Numbered from the stretch's first letter, positions 39,549 to 50,644 are shown. The stretch: 63,607 bases of DNA from Candidatus Bathyarchaeia archaeon (GCA_049969855.1 JBMFOB010000006.1:1-63607), one strand, 5' to 3'. Made by a program: numbers and translations. Notes: generated from the letters alone by a model not told the origin.

Positions 39549-39634
39549 CTCCCATCTTTTAGTTAAGCATAGCCTTTATATCATTTAAACTTTGAATATT
39601 AAATCCGAGTATTCAATCATGGGAAGGCGAAATA

Positions 39635-39919
39635 ATGAATGAAAACCTGATTGGACCTTGCGGTTTATACTGTGGCTGGTGTCCCTTTTACGTTGTAGGC
39701 TCCAAAGAGTTCACTTGTAAAGGCTGCTGGTCTCGGGAAAAATGCGAAATTAGGGATTGCGCAAAAGGTAAGGGTTTAAAACTTTGCACTTTCTGCCAAG
39801 ATTTTCCATGCCTAAGGCTTTATGGAATGTATGGGCAGATGGACAAGTTTTTTGATGATATGAAGAAGGCTTTTCCAAAAGGCGTCAAAAAGAGTTTAGA
39901 AAACACTGAAAACGTTTAA
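39635..39919 (+). CDS. DUF3795 Cys-rich protein
   Basis: PCGLYCGWC...CKGC...C.IRDC...C.FC.DFPC. Confidence 0.8.
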   Translation: MNENLIGPCGLYCGWCPFYVVGSKEFTCKGCWSREKCEIRDCAKGKGLKLCTFCQDFPCLRLYGMYGQMDKFFDDMKKAFPKGVKKSLENTENV

Positions 39920-39964
39920 ATTAGCTAAAAAGTAAGATAAGCTTATTATCTGGAGGACACGTTT

Positions 39965-41251
39965 TTGGATACTCTTAGGGAAAAGCTGAAAATCAAAGAA
40001 GCGAACCTGAAGGAAATTAACGATTTTCTCTTGCGGAAAGATAACCCCTTAGTGAATAAAGTATTAGAAATTATCGATAAACATGGCGGCGTAGAAGAAA
40101 TTAACCGTAAAGCCAGAGAAGCCCGCAAACTCGAAAACTTAATGAAAAGGCTTGAAAAGAAAAAGTCTCCATTCTTAAAGGACATTGAATGGCTAATAAA
40201 ACAACGGGACGCTGAAGCCTTCATTAGCATACCCGCCTACCGCAGAAAAGTTTTGGGGAAAAATGCTGATTCCATAAAGTTTGATGAAAGCTTCGCCGTC
40301 ACCTTGGAAATTAGCGCTTCCAACTTTTTCCCATGGCTTATTGAAGAGGCAAAAAGAGCCATTGAAAAACAAGAGCTGATGCCAGCTCGTTACATTCGAG
40401 TCCGCAACATGAAAGAGCAAGTGGAGGATGACGATGTTTTGGCTTTTGCTGCAGCCATGCAAGTTATAGGCGCCTCTTACGTGCAAACCTTAGACACGAA
40501 GGGAACAATGCCGGGACCAGACGGTGCACCCATAAACGTTCATTTGGGCGGTCCGGAGACGATAACTGGTTATTTTGGTGGTGTTGGGGTTCCGAATCAT
40601 TATGCTTTGAAGTGGGTTGAGGAGTTTCTCCATTATTACACTGAATATGGCGTCCGGCAAGTTTTGAATATAAATGCGGGAACAATAATGCTGGGATATT
40701 GGCTGCACAAACTTGGAATCGACGTGGAATTTAAAATTTCAGTTTACGTAGGCAATGACAATCCCTACTTCATCTTTTGGACTTTAATGACGGCAAAGCT
40801 TTTTAGCCGTGAAGATGGCGCAACTCCACTTATTGGATTTAACCTTTCAAATTCGGTGAACAATGAAACAATTGAACTTTCAGCATATATCAGAAAAGCC
40901 TTCAATTTTGAAGATATAGTCCGCATCGAACATCACATTGTGGAAACACAAAAAAGCATTGTCAGGCAACCATACGACCGCCTTAACGAACTTTTAGAAA
41001 TAGCGGACCACGTCAAAAACATAAGCGCCAAACATGAAGGTGGAATTCCAGAAATTGACAAAAGCAGAGAGCATCCATCAGACATACTGGACTATTTTAT
41101 GCCAAAAAAAGAAATAATAGCGCAAGGGCTTATGCCAAAACTCTTACAAAACTACTTGGATAAACATGAAGCCGTAAACAGAACAGCCCGCGCATTAACA
41201 GAAAGAGGCTTAACCTTTATTGCAGCACAAAACTTGCACAAGACGAAATAG
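39965..41251 (+). CDS. Hypothetical protein (428 aa), possibly an enzyme
   Basis: Long ORF with conserved-looking stretches (NVHLGGPETITGYFGG, RIEHHI, KHEGG). Confidence 0.65.
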   Translation: MDTLREKLKIKEANLKEINDFLLRKDNPLVNKVLEIIDKHGGVEEINRKAREARKLENLMKRLEKKKSPFLKDIEWLIKQRDAEAFISIPAYRRKVLGKNADSIKFDESFAVTLEISASNFFPWLIEEAKRAIEKQELMPARYIRVRNMKEQVEDDDVLAFAAAMQVIGASYVQTLDTKGTMPGPDGAPINVHLGGPETITGYFGGVGVPNHYALKWVEEFLHYYTEYGVRQVLNINAGTIMLGYWLHKLGIDVEFKISVYVGNDNPYFIFWTLMTAKLFSREDGATPLIGFNLSNSVNNETIELSAYIRKAFNFEDIVRIEHHIVETQKSIVRQPYDRLNELLEIADHVKNISAKHEGGIPEIDKSREHPSDILDYFMPKKEIIAQGLMPKLLQNYLDKHEAVNRTARALTERGLTFIAAQNLHKTK

Positions 41252-41266
41252 AGAAAGGGAGATATT

Positions 41267-41956
41267 TTACCAGTACTGTTTTGGTTTTCGCATAGCCAAA
41301 TATAGCGTGGTTATGACGAAGAAGAAGGCTATTATGGCTAAGACTCCAACAGCAACCCTCGTGTTGTTAAGTTCGCCTAACTTTCCTTCAAGTTCAGTGT
41401 AATTTTCCATTAGTTCCCAGTAAGTCTGGTTTAACTGTGTAAAGGTATCATTCAACTCTTTATATGCGTCTTTAAGCCCTTCAAATTCAACATTTCTTAT
41501 CACTGTTATCGAGAAGCCCTCGGTTTTTTGGAATGAATCCTCTTGAATTGAATATCTCAAAATGAATTCTGCATATGCCGCTCCCCAAACGTTAGAAGGC
41601 ACATGCACAGTAATTTCATACTCGCTTGTTTGGTTAAAGCATAATAGTTCATCTTTGAATATGGAAGTGTCATTTAGTGAAATCTTCTGCTCGCCTCCTA
41701 TGAAGCCATAGACGGTAATGTTTAGATATTCTATGTGAACGATGTTAGCGCCGTCTGTGCAATTTAACCAAAGTCTAACGGCCAAATTTTCATTTGGGTC
41801 AGTTTTGTTTGTTGCATCAACTCTTATTGTGATTCCAGCATAATTTTTGTAAAAGAAAGTGCACATATCATCTGGAGTTTGCGCTTTTGCCTGATTAAGA
41901 ATTGCAACTGTTAAGATTAGCATTTTAAGAATTGCCATAACTTTCAGTTTTTTCAA
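41267..41956 (-). CDS. Secreted protein with C-terminal membrane anchor
   Basis: Signal peptide, several N-glycosylation sequons, coiled coil, C-terminal TM followed by RKPK. Confidence 0.7.
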   Translation of the reverse strand: MKKLKVMAILKMLILTVAILNQAKAQTPDDMCTFFYKNYAGITIRVDATNKTDPNENLAVRLWLNCTDGANIVHIEYLNITVYGFIGGEQKISLNDTSIFKDELLCFNQTSEYEITVHVPSNVWGAAYAEFILRYSIQEDSFQKTEGFSITVIRNVEFEGLKDAYKELNDTFTQLNQTYWELMENYTELEGKLGELNNTRVAVGVLAIIAFFFVITTLYLAMRKPKQYW

Positions 41957-42035
41957 AGTTTCACCTTCTAAGAATAATGGGTTTTAGTCTTGAAGTTTAT
42001 TTAACAATTTCTAACGGTTCCGAATATTAGAGGAG

Positions 42036-42263
42036 TTATTTTATTGAGCGGATTAGGCGCTGGTATATGTATATGAAGTAGATTAGGGCGAAGGCTGTTA
42101 AAATTATTTCGAGGAAGAGGATGGCTGGGTTGTTTTCAACCGCCATAAAATATCCGTGTTGAAGAATATCTGTGAAGACTAGGATTTGGAGGAATATGGC
42201 TCCTCCTAAACAGCTTAAGCCTAAAGTGTGGATGAGCATTAGTATTTGGCGGTTGAGCCTCAT
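42036..42263 (-). CDS. Small 2-TM membrane protein
   Basis: Hydrophobic ORF. Confidence 0.55.
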   Translation of the reverse strand: MRLNRQILMLIHTLGLSCLGGAIFLQILVFTDILQHGYFMAVENNPAILFLEIILTAFALIYFIYIYQRLIRSIK

Positions 42264-42452
42264 CTTTATCGTGAATATCAAGAGTTGATACGTTAACTTA
42301 TAGGTTATGAATCACAACACACAACAAAACCTAAAGATTAAACTTTAGGATTCAAGGTATAACTTTTCATTTTGTCCGAAAATGGCGCCATAGACGGCTT
42401 TATTTTCTCTACCCCCTCCCCCTCTAGATTTAGTAAATTCCACAACTGCTGG

Positions 42453-43046
42453 ATGCGCAGATCTGCAACCCTTGAGCTTTTGGCAGAGTCAGGTCTTAAG
42501 GCGATAGGAGAAGTCATAATTAGAAGGAAAATGCCCGACGTTCTAATAGACATTAATGGTGTAAGGGTAATAATTGAAGGGAAATATTTAGGGAAAAGAG
42601 AAGAGTTGTATACGAATGCATGTGGCAGAATAGATAATGGATTATGTGATATTGTCATGATGGTTGAATATGTAAACCTGTCGCTTGGAAGACAAACGCA
42701 AATGCAGGTAGACCAGAAAGCCGTAAAAAGCGCTTTGAAGGCAGGGACTTTTAACGTTGGTTTTCTGACATATGTGGACAGAGTTGGTTTAGATAGATGG
42801 ATTCCTCAAGCAAGAAAGACACCAGAATTTTATGAAAACATTGACTTTCAAAATTTAGTTGCGTGTGTAATGATGGTCTATGATGCTTTGATTAGAGAGG
42901 ATGTTTTGGATAAGATAATAGAGAGAATGGAAGAAAAAATATCGTCTTTCAGTAGCAGAGTGATGATGGATTCCCCAAATATAGGTAGGCTAAAAGAGAT
43001 TTTGGAGTTAAGAAAGGAGGAGAAAAATGGGAAACAAAGAGGATGA
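42453..43046 (+). CDS. PD-(D/E)XK endonuclease-like protein of an R-M-like locus
   Basis: MPDVLI...IIEGK; directly upstream of the methyltransferase. Confidence 0.65.
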   Translation: MRRSATLELLAESGLKAIGEVIIRRKMPDVLIDINGVRVIIEGKYLGKREELYTNACGRIDNGLCDIVMMVEYVNLSLGRQTQMQVDQKAVKSALKAGTFNVGFLTYVDRVGLDRWIPQARKTPEFYENIDFQNLVACVMMVYDALIREDVLDKIIERMEEKISSFSSRVMMDSPNIGRLKEILELRKEEKNGKQRG

Positions 43047-45301
43047 ACAGAAGATTCTTGCAACTTCAGCGATATTACTAGTTGATGCTATGGTGTTTCA
43101 AGAAGTATTGGCAAGAAAAGATCCCACTATTGAAACCCTCTCTTCCATTAAATATAAATTGAACATAAAAAAGAGTTTTGAAGATGTATGGTCCGAAATT
43201 TTGAAAAAAAAATTACCAGCCAATATTTAAAATAGCCCAAGATATTTTGAAGTCGCTCCCTGCTTCTCCAAATGTAAACGCTGGTTTAAAAGATTTGATA
43301 GATATAGCCTATGACATTGCTTCGTCTCCTATTCTTCTGAAACATGACTTATTTGGAAGAGTTTATCACACGCTTCTTCTCGGTAAACTGATAAAATATT
43401 ATGCTACTCTCTATACTTCAATACCTGCGGCAAGATTGTTGGCGAGATTACTGGTAAATCTTTCGAATATAGAAATGGAAATTCCTGTAAAATTTGAGGG
43501 TGAACCTCTTAGGGTTATCGATTTTGCATGTGGTTCAGGAACTCTGTTATCAGCGGTTTACAAGGAGCTTGAACTGAAATATAGGTTGGAAGCGGAAAGT
43601 ATGGATATTGACGATTTTCATAAGTATTTAATTGAGGAGGGGCTTTGGGGGTTTGATGTTTTGCAACATGCAACTCATCTTACAATGACAACACTTTCTC
43701 TTCATAATCCTTCACCAATTCAAGATTCACGGATTTATGCATTAAAGCTTGGAATAGAAGGCAAAGAGCATTATTTAGGGAGCATAGATTTTTTGGAATC
43801 CCCATATTTGAAAGCTACTGAACTGTTAGGAGGGGAAAAAATAGGTCCGGTGAAATCAACTGTTACCGAGAAAGGGGTGACTGAAGTTGAATTGCCAAAC
43901 TTTCATATTTGTATAATGAACCCACCATTTACAAGAAGCACAATTGGAAATCTGCTTTTTGGATGGGTTCCACCCTCGGAAAGAAGGACTCTGCAAGAGG
44001 ATTTAAGTCGAATGTTAAATAAGAAAGGGCTGAGTGGTATAGGACAAGCTGGCTCTGCTGCAGTTTTTGTGTTTGTAGCGGATAAGTATCTAGTTAAAGG
44101 TGGAAGGTTAGGGCTTGTTTTGCCGAGATCTATTCTTTCTGGGTCTTCATGGAAGAAAGTTAGAGAGAAACTGTTGAGCAGTTATCACATAGAGTATATA
44201 GTTACAAGTTTTGAAGGAGGTAACAACTGGAACTTTAGTGAGAATACGAACTTAAGTGAGGTGTTGATTGTTGCAAAGAAATTAAAGGAAGAAGAAAAAG
44301 CAAATTATACCATTTTTGCAAATTTGTGGAACAAACCAAAAAATGAAATAGAAGCCATCTCCATAGGGTCTCAACTTCTTGAGGTGTATGATAATCCAAA
44401 ATTGTTTGATATTCAAAATTCGAATGCATCCTTTTTTGCTATTAGGTTGAGGGGTAAGAAAATTGGAGAATGCTACTCTGCATTTCTCGATGAAAATCAG
44501 TTCGGACATGTTTCTTTCTTTGCTCAAGCAGAGTTAAATCGTATAACTTCACTTCTAAGAAAAGGAGTTCTTTACTTACCGAAAGAGGGAATAGTACCGA
44601 AAAACATTCCCTTAGCGCCTTTATCAGATGTAGTTAGTGATATAGGTGTTGACTGTGGGCAAGTATCTAAAACTTTTGAGATGGATAAGTTTGGCATTTA
44701 TAAGGGATTTTGGGGTCAACGTTCCGAAGAAGTGACAACTATTGCTCAAAAGTCTAACACAAACCTTAAGCCAAAAAATGTTAATGCTGCAAGAAAAATA
44801 TGGGAAAAGAGGGGTAACCTTTTAGTTGCCTATAGAGCTTGGCTTCCAACAAATAGAACTCTATCAATATTTGTATCGGAACCGGTCGTGTCAAGTATGT
44901 GGTGGAGTATAATGACACATGATGAAGAGGACGCTAAAATTTTGGCATTATGGCTGAACTCCACTTTTGGTTTATTACTCCTTTTATCAGCATCAGAAGT
45001 TACAAGAGGACCTTGGATTGAATTTAAGAAGGGAGATAAAGCAGATAATAGTGGGTTGTGTGGTCTCCCAGTTATCAATTTACGTAAGTTACGTGAAAAA
45101 CAGAAACAAGCATTCTTAAGCCTTTATGATGAGATGGCTAATAAAACGCTAAAGCCATTTCCCGAAGATTTTTCCAATCCAAAAGAGAAAAGAGAAATAG
45201 ATGACAGCATTAGTGAAATCCTTGGCATAAAAATAGATTTAACAGATGTTTACCAAATGTTAGCAAGAGATCCGATGATAACGGGCTCTCTCCTCAAATG
45301 A
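43027..45301 (+). pseudogene. N6-adenine DNA methyltransferase (type IIG / Eco57I-like) frameshifted at an A9 tract
   Basis: ORFs 43027-43230 and 43247-45301 join if A9 (43204-43212) is A8, giving EILKKNYQPIFKIAQDILKSLP. Motifs DFACGSGTLL and IMNPPF; C-terminal TRD-like LWLNS. Confidence 0.75.
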
Positions 45302-45333
45302 ACCACCCATTAGGTCCATACCTTCAACTTCTG

Positions 45334-46671
45334 TTAAATTTCGTATTCCCTGCCTTTCTCGACAAGTATGGTTTCGCTTTTTAGGTCTCGCATAAACTTG
45401 GCGAATAATTCCACGTTTTCAGTATGCACTGGAAAGATTTTTGTTGCGTTTATCTCCTTGAGTATCTTTTTGAGTTGTAGGGGCATTATGTGTCCTGAAA
45501 CGTGCACATGATATTGTGGCAGTCCATAATGCCTCAGCCAGTTAAGGAGTCTTTCAAAGTCTATTTCCATCTCTTCATTGAAGGGTTCAGAAGCAGAGAG
45601 CACGTAACAGCTTCCAGCAGCGGGTTGGATTTCCACGAGTTCTTCTAAATCGTAGAGAGACATGGCTAATATGGCTTTGCACTGTTTCTTCGAAACTTCG
45701 AAGACGTCAACAATCTTGTCCTTATACTTTTCAACAATAGTGTTTTCCCATTTTTCATATCTCTTCTTCGACTTTCGAAAAATCAAAATGTTCTCATCAC
45801 TTAAGACTGGAAGCCTTAAACCCTTATCCTTACGCAGTGCCTCCATCAGAAAAGCTTGCCTCAGTGAAACAGTAAGGCAGCGTCCAGTTTTCTTGGCAAT
45901 TCGATAAAAGGAATTAAACCTATCAACATCAGTAGAAGCAAAATCAGCCAACACAATGCCATTTGCCTGCTGAACAATTTCATTTAACTTGCTTTCAACT
46001 TCACCTTCAGATGAGATGGATGCACCAGTCATGTTTGTGGCTTCACTAACAACAGCTGCGGGCTCGCTTTCCTTCGCTTTCTCAACAAACTCACCTGTCA
46101 TTTCTGGCTTTGCACCATGAGCCCTAAAATCGCCAGTATAAGCAACAACGCCACTAGAAGTTTGAACAATAAAACCATAAGCTCCTGGAACAGAATGGTC
46201 AACGTGAATTGGCAAAATTTCCAAACCGCCAACACGTATTTTATGTCCAGTCCTGAAAGCCTCAAATTTTATGTCTTCAACATCAAACTCTAAATCGGCT
46301 CTACGCATTTCACTCATGGCTTGCAAAATAATTTTTGTTGTTTCTCCGCAGTATACGGGAATTTCCCGTTTTATGAAGGACAGGTAGGCTGAATGGTCCA
46401 TATGCCCATGAGAAATGAAAACAGCGTCTACTTCAGGCGCTTTAGCGTCAAACCTGTAAACGCCATCAATTTTTGGCAAAATTCCCAAAGCTTGAAGACT
46501 TTTCTCGCTTTTAGGCGAAAGAAGAGGCGGAGAATAAAATTGTCTTCGCATTGAGAAGGACATGCCGAAATCAAAGAAAACCCGTGTGTCTCTGTCCCTT
46601 AGTAGGATTTTGTTTCCCCCAACCTCGTTTACTCCGCCGTAAAAGGTTATGGTTGTTTCATCTTTAACCAT
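45334..46671 (-). CDS. RNase J-like beta-CASP metallo-beta-lactamase
   Basis: GGVNEVGGN, SHGHMDH, VDHS, YTGD, HVSGH, PVHTE. Confidence 0.85.
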   Translation of the reverse strand: MVKDETTITFYGGVNEVGGNKILLRDRDTRVFFDFGMSFSMRRQFYSPPLLSPKSEKSLQALGILPKIDGVYRFDAKAPEVDAVFISHGHMDHSAYLSFIKREIPVYCGETTKIILQAMSEMRRADLEFDVEDIKFEAFRTGHKIRVGGLEILPIHVDHSVPGAYGFIVQTSSGVVAYTGDFRAHGAKPEMTGEFVEKAKESEPAAVVSEATNMTGASISSEGEVESKLNEIVQQANGIVLADFASTDVDRFNSFYRIAKKTGRCLTVSLRQAFLMEALRKDKGLRLPVLSDENILIFRKSKKRYEKWENTIVEKYKDKIVDVFEVSKKQCKAILAMSLYDLEELVEIQPAAGSCYVLSASEPFNEEMEIDFERLLNWLRHYGLPQYHVHVSGHIMPLQLKKILKEINATKIFPVHTENVELFAKFMRDLKSETILVEKGREYEI

Positions 46672-48373
46672 GGCTTATCCCTTTCAACTTTTCCGCTTTT
46701 CTACAAGTGTTAGAAATAACGAACATTACATGGGGAAGGGTGAATACGCTGAAAACCTTTGTGTATTTAGGCTTTCCAGCCGCCTTAACAATTTTAACAT
46801 CTCCGCCAGCCCTCAAATAACCTTCAATGAAAGCCTCTGCAATAAGCTGCGCGGGGCGAACACCAACAAAAGGTGAAACATAATGTCCAGAATAATACAG
46901 GAATTCAGCCACATCCCAAACCTTGTCGCCACTTCGCGAAGCTTGCTCAAAATCTAAAATGTAAATCTCCCCACTTTTTCCAACTATCATGTTTTCAGGC
47001 TTTGTGTCGCCTAAAGCAATGCCTAAAGCATGAATTTTAGCGAATTCCGCTCCAAGCCTCCTTATAACTTCCAAGCCCTTATTAACGCTGTCAGCATTTT
47101 TTGAACCCAAAATTCTTTTCACCAATTTGCTGAGGCTTTCGCCTTCAATGTACTCCATGAAAATTAAGCGTTCGCTATGGCTTACGTGAAAAATCTTTGG
47201 AACAGCGAAGCCCTTAGAGTGCAAAAGTTGGCTTATGGCGCATTCCCTCTCCAGTCTTGAGAGTCCCAAAACGGCGAAGGTTCTTGTTCCAAAAGTCCAT
47301 AACGTGAGGGGGAACCACTTAAAACTTGACCAGTCCCTAAAACTTTTGACAACAACTCTCTTCTCAACACCGTCCACAAGAGCCTTAACCAAATAAACAT
47401 CATTCAAAACACCGCCAACCTCCTCAACCTCAACTTTTGCATCCGCGCCCGCGCAAAGCACTTTCCTAGCAAAGGTTTCAACATCAATTCTGCTTGCCAA
47501 AGGAACAAGACCGCTGGCTGTGGGAACATACAAGTATTTTTGAGGTTCCTCAATTTGGTGAACACTCTCAGAATTTTCTCTAGAAAACCGTTGCAGTTTG
47601 AAGAGCGCTTCTCTGTTTTGAGAAAGGAAGCTTAAGGTTTTTGGAAAAATTCCAAGCAAAGAAGTGAATAAAGCCCTTTGAGCGGTTTTAAAGAGGCTTG
47701 TGAAGCGAATCTTCTGGCTTTTGGCTTTATCCACAAACTCTCTGGAGATTTTAACGTAACCGTCCGAAAAGTCAACTATGTTTTCACCTTCTAAATCCTT
47801 TAACGCCTCCAAAAACCCTTGCAGAGAACCTTCCACATTTTTCTTTTTAACATCCTTCCGCATAAAATTGAAAACATTGTAAAGCATGGGTGGGAAAAGG
47901 CGGGCTCTGCTCAATATTGTTTCGTAAAGGAAATATTCTGGTTTTACGTGAAGCTCGTAGGAAAGCTCTGGAAAAGCCAAAACAAGATTCTCTAAAAGCT
48001 CCAGGATTAAGCGCTTTTTCAATTTAACCTCTTGAAAATGAAGGTAATCGCCATTTACTAAGGCTATGTAAGGAAAAAGAAGGCTGCCAGCCACGGCTTC
48101 GCCTAAAAATCCCCTTTCAACATCCATTTCAAAAACTCCTTGGTCAACAACCAAAACAACAACGCTTCTTTCGCCAAAAGCTTTCAAATAATTCATAAGC
48201 TTAGGTTGAAAACCGTTAACTACAAGCAAAGTTTCAACCAAACTTTTTGCATTAGGCAATCCTAAGGCGTAATCGCCACAAACGCACGCCGCAATTATTT
48301 GGTTAGTCCCAGCAACATGCCTACAAAAATCAAGAATTTCGCCAAGCAGTTTAGACTGCTGAAGCTGAGTCAA
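46664..48373 (-). CDS. Atypical (Bud32/Kdo/RIO-like) kinase with long N-terminal domain
   Basis: GGVLNDV, VVVK, MEYIEG, LGDTKPEN, ILDFEQ. Confidence 0.75.
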   Translation of the reverse strand: MTQLQQSKLLGEILDFCRHVAGTNQIIAACVCGDYALGLPNAKSLVETLLVVNGFQPKLMNYLKAFGERSVVVLVVDQGVFEMDVERGFLGEAVAGSLLFPYIALVNGDYLHFQEVKLKKRLILELLENLVLAFPELSYELHVKPEYFLYETILSRARLFPPMLYNVFNFMRKDVKKKNVEGSLQGFLEALKDLEGENIVDFSDGYVKISREFVDKAKSQKIRFTSLFKTAQRALFTSLLGIFPKTLSFLSQNREALFKLQRFSRENSESVHQIEEPQKYLYVPTASGLVPLASRIDVETFARKVLCAGADAKVEVEEVGGVLNDVYLVKALVDGVEKRVVVKSFRDWSSFKWFPLTLWTFGTRTFAVLGLSRLERECAISQLLHSKGFAVPKIFHVSHSERLIFMEYIEGESLSKLVKRILGSKNADSVNKGLEVIRRLGAEFAKIHALGIALGDTKPENMIVGKSGEIYILDFEQASRSGDKVWDVAEFLYYSGHYVSPFVGVRPAQLIAEAFIEGYLRAGGDVKIVKAAGKPKYTKVFSVFTLPHVMFVISNTCRKAEKLKGISHG

Positions 48374-48433
48374 CTTTTCACCTAAAGGAAGTAAGAGTAA
48401 CCAAAAATAGAATCTATAGTCTACATAATATAG

Positions 48434-49786
48434 TTAATGCTTTTCGACTATTTTGCCATATTCTCTCAAAACTTTTAGGGCTTTGACGGCTTTCTCAGGC
48501 AAATTATACAATGGAATATTCGTGTTGCCCAAAACCTTAAAAACTAAGGCAAAATCCTCTCCGCCAGCAGGAACATCCACAACAGGCTTGCCCGGATATT
48601 TCTTTGCCACTTTAGGAATTACTTTGGCGTCTTTTGGTTCAAAAAAGCAGGACTTAAGCATATTTATTATTAAGACGCCATCCACATTCCTGTCTGAAAG
48701 CACAAGCTCCAAAACCTTTTCGTACCTGTCGGCTCTTGCATCAGCTATCATATCTATGGGGTTTGTTGCATCCACGCCTGGATAGGAACTTTCAATTTTT
48801 CTTTTCGTTTCTTCGGTTAAAGCTGCAAGTTTAAGATTATTTCTCACGACAGCATCACCAGCCAAAATTGCTGGTCCGCCCACATTGCTTACTATTGCCA
48901 CATGTTCTCCACGCATTGGAGGTTGCTTAGAAAGGGCTATGGCTGCATCCATTAGCGCTTCTACGTCTTCAACTCGAATTATGCCTGCTTTTTTTAGAGC
49001 AGCTTCAAAAATTTCGTCTTTTCCAGCCAATGAAGCTGTATGTGATTTGGCTCTGTGTGCTGATTCTTCGGTTATTCCGCCTTTCAAGGCTAGGATTGGT
49101 TTTTCTTTGACGATTTTTCTTGCAGTTTCTATGAAAGCTCTTCCATTTTTTACGCCTTCCATGTATAAGCATATGACCCTTGTTTGTTTGTCTCTGCCAA
49201 AATATTGTAGTAAGTCAACGTCGTCCACGTCTATTTTGTCTCCCATGAAAGCGAATTTGCTTATCCCAACATTGTAGAAGCAAGCCCAGTCAAGGATGCA
49301 GGCGCCAACCCCGCCACTTTGAGATATTACGGCTATGTTTCCCCTTTTAGGCATAGTATCTCTTTCAAAAGTTGTGTTCAACCCATTTGCAGTGTTTATA
49401 ACACCCATAATGGTGTTTGGTCCCAAAATTCTAACGCCATGCTTTTCCCTAATTTTGACAAGTTTTTCACGTTGAACGTCTTTGTATCCGCCAGTAATAA
49501 TGATGATGGCTTTTACGCCCATTTTGGCGCATTTTTCAGCCATAAAAATTGATTGGTTTGAAGGAAGCATAATTACAGCAAGTTCGGGAACTTCAGGCAA
49601 CTCGCTTAGACTTTTAGGGTTTGCGTCTACGTCAAGAATGTAGGTTTTTCCGCGAAAGAATTTTTTCATGTTGTAAATGACGCTTTTAAAAAGTTGCGGA
49701 GATGTCATGCCAACCTTTTCCTGAATGACGCTTGAGCCTATAAGGACAACGGTTTTCGGCTCAAAGATAGCCTTCACTTCATTCAT
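48434..49786 (-). CDS. ADP-forming acyl-CoA synthetase alpha subunit-like
   Basis: RILGPNTIMG, SQSGG, SHTASLAG phospho-His, NPID. Confidence 0.85.
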   Translation of the reverse strand: MNEVKAIFEPKTVVLIGSSVIQEKVGMTSPQLFKSVIYNMKKFFRGKTYILDVDANPKSLSELPEVPELAVIMLPSNQSIFMAEKCAKMGVKAIIIITGGYKDVQREKLVKIREKHGVRILGPNTIMGVINTANGLNTTFERDTMPKRGNIAVISQSGGVGACILDWACFYNVGISKFAFMGDKIDVDDVDLLQYFGRDKQTRVICLYMEGVKNGRAFIETARKIVKEKPILALKGGITEESAHRAKSHTASLAGKDEIFEAALKKAGIIRVEDVEALMDAAIALSKQPPMRGEHVAIVSNVGGPAILAGDAVVRNNLKLAALTEETKRKIESSYPGVDATNPIDMIADARADRYEKVLELVLSDRNVDGVLIINMLKSCFFEPKDAKVIPKVAKKYPGKPVVDVPAGGEDFALVFKVLGNTNIPLYNLPEKAVKALKVLREYGKIVEKH

Positions 49787-49861
49787 AGTTTAACCTTCAA
49801 ACCAAACTTTAATGGGGAAGGAAAGAAAATACGCTTTTCATATTCATAAATTTAACCATGG

Positions 49862-50644
49862 TCACTTTTGAGTTACTTTCATATAAGCAAAAGTTGCCAA
49901 CAAAGTGAAAATTAACGCAAACAAAGCTATGTCAACCAGCATAACAGGCGTGAATGGCGGATTTCCTAAGAGGAAAGCTCTTGAAAGGTCTGCACCGCAA
50001 CTTAAAGGATTATACTGAGCTAATAGAGCTAATTGTGGCAGTGCAGCTTGTATGAGACTCATGGGGTAAAATACTGTGCTGCAGAAGAAAAGCACATAAT
50101 AGACGACGCCTCTGGCTGTAATGTACTTCTCAAAGCTTGTTGTCGAAACAGCAAGGGCTATGCTTAAGCCAGAAGTTCCAATAGATATCAAAAATAATGC
50201 CGCTACAATTGTTAAAAACTGTAGTGGATAAGGAAAAACGCCAGTGGAAATATAAGTTATTACTAGGGTTGTAGCGAGAAGCGGAGCCATGTAAATGATC
50301 CCCCTAAGACCGCCAGCCAAAACCCTTCCAATGGCTAACTCCCACCGTTTTATTGGCAAACTCAACATGTAATGGGAAATCTCCCGCCTAACTTCCATGT
50401 TAATTTCCCTTCCAATCATAAAAGCCGCAGCGAAAAGGGCTGTTATGGTTAAGCCTGGAGCGAAAAAGACAAAGTATGAAACAAATTCTTTTGTGATTGT
50501 TGGGTTAACCATGTTTGTGTAAACTATTGCCATTATGAAAAGGTCAGCAAGGTTCATGCTAAGCATTCCAGCAATCCACCACTTGTAACGGAAGAAGTAG
50601 CTGAAGTCTCTCTGAACAACATGCAATATTGGTTTTACTGCCAA
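49862..50644 (-). CDS. ABC-2 type permease
   Basis: About 6 TM segments, FYP...NPL. Confidence 0.85.
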   Translation of the reverse strand: MAVKPILHVVQRDFSYFFRYKWWIAGMLSMNLADLFIMAIVYTNMVNPTITKEFVSYFVFFAPGLTITALFAAAFMIGREINMEVRREISHYMLSLPIKRWELAIGRVLAGGLRGIIYMAPLLATTLVITYISTGVFPYPLQFLTIVAALFLISIGTSGLSIALAVSTTSFEKYITARGVVYYVLFFCSTVFYPMSLIQAALPQLALLAQYNPLSCGADLSRAFLLGNPPFTPVMLVDIALFALIFTLLATFAYMKVTQK

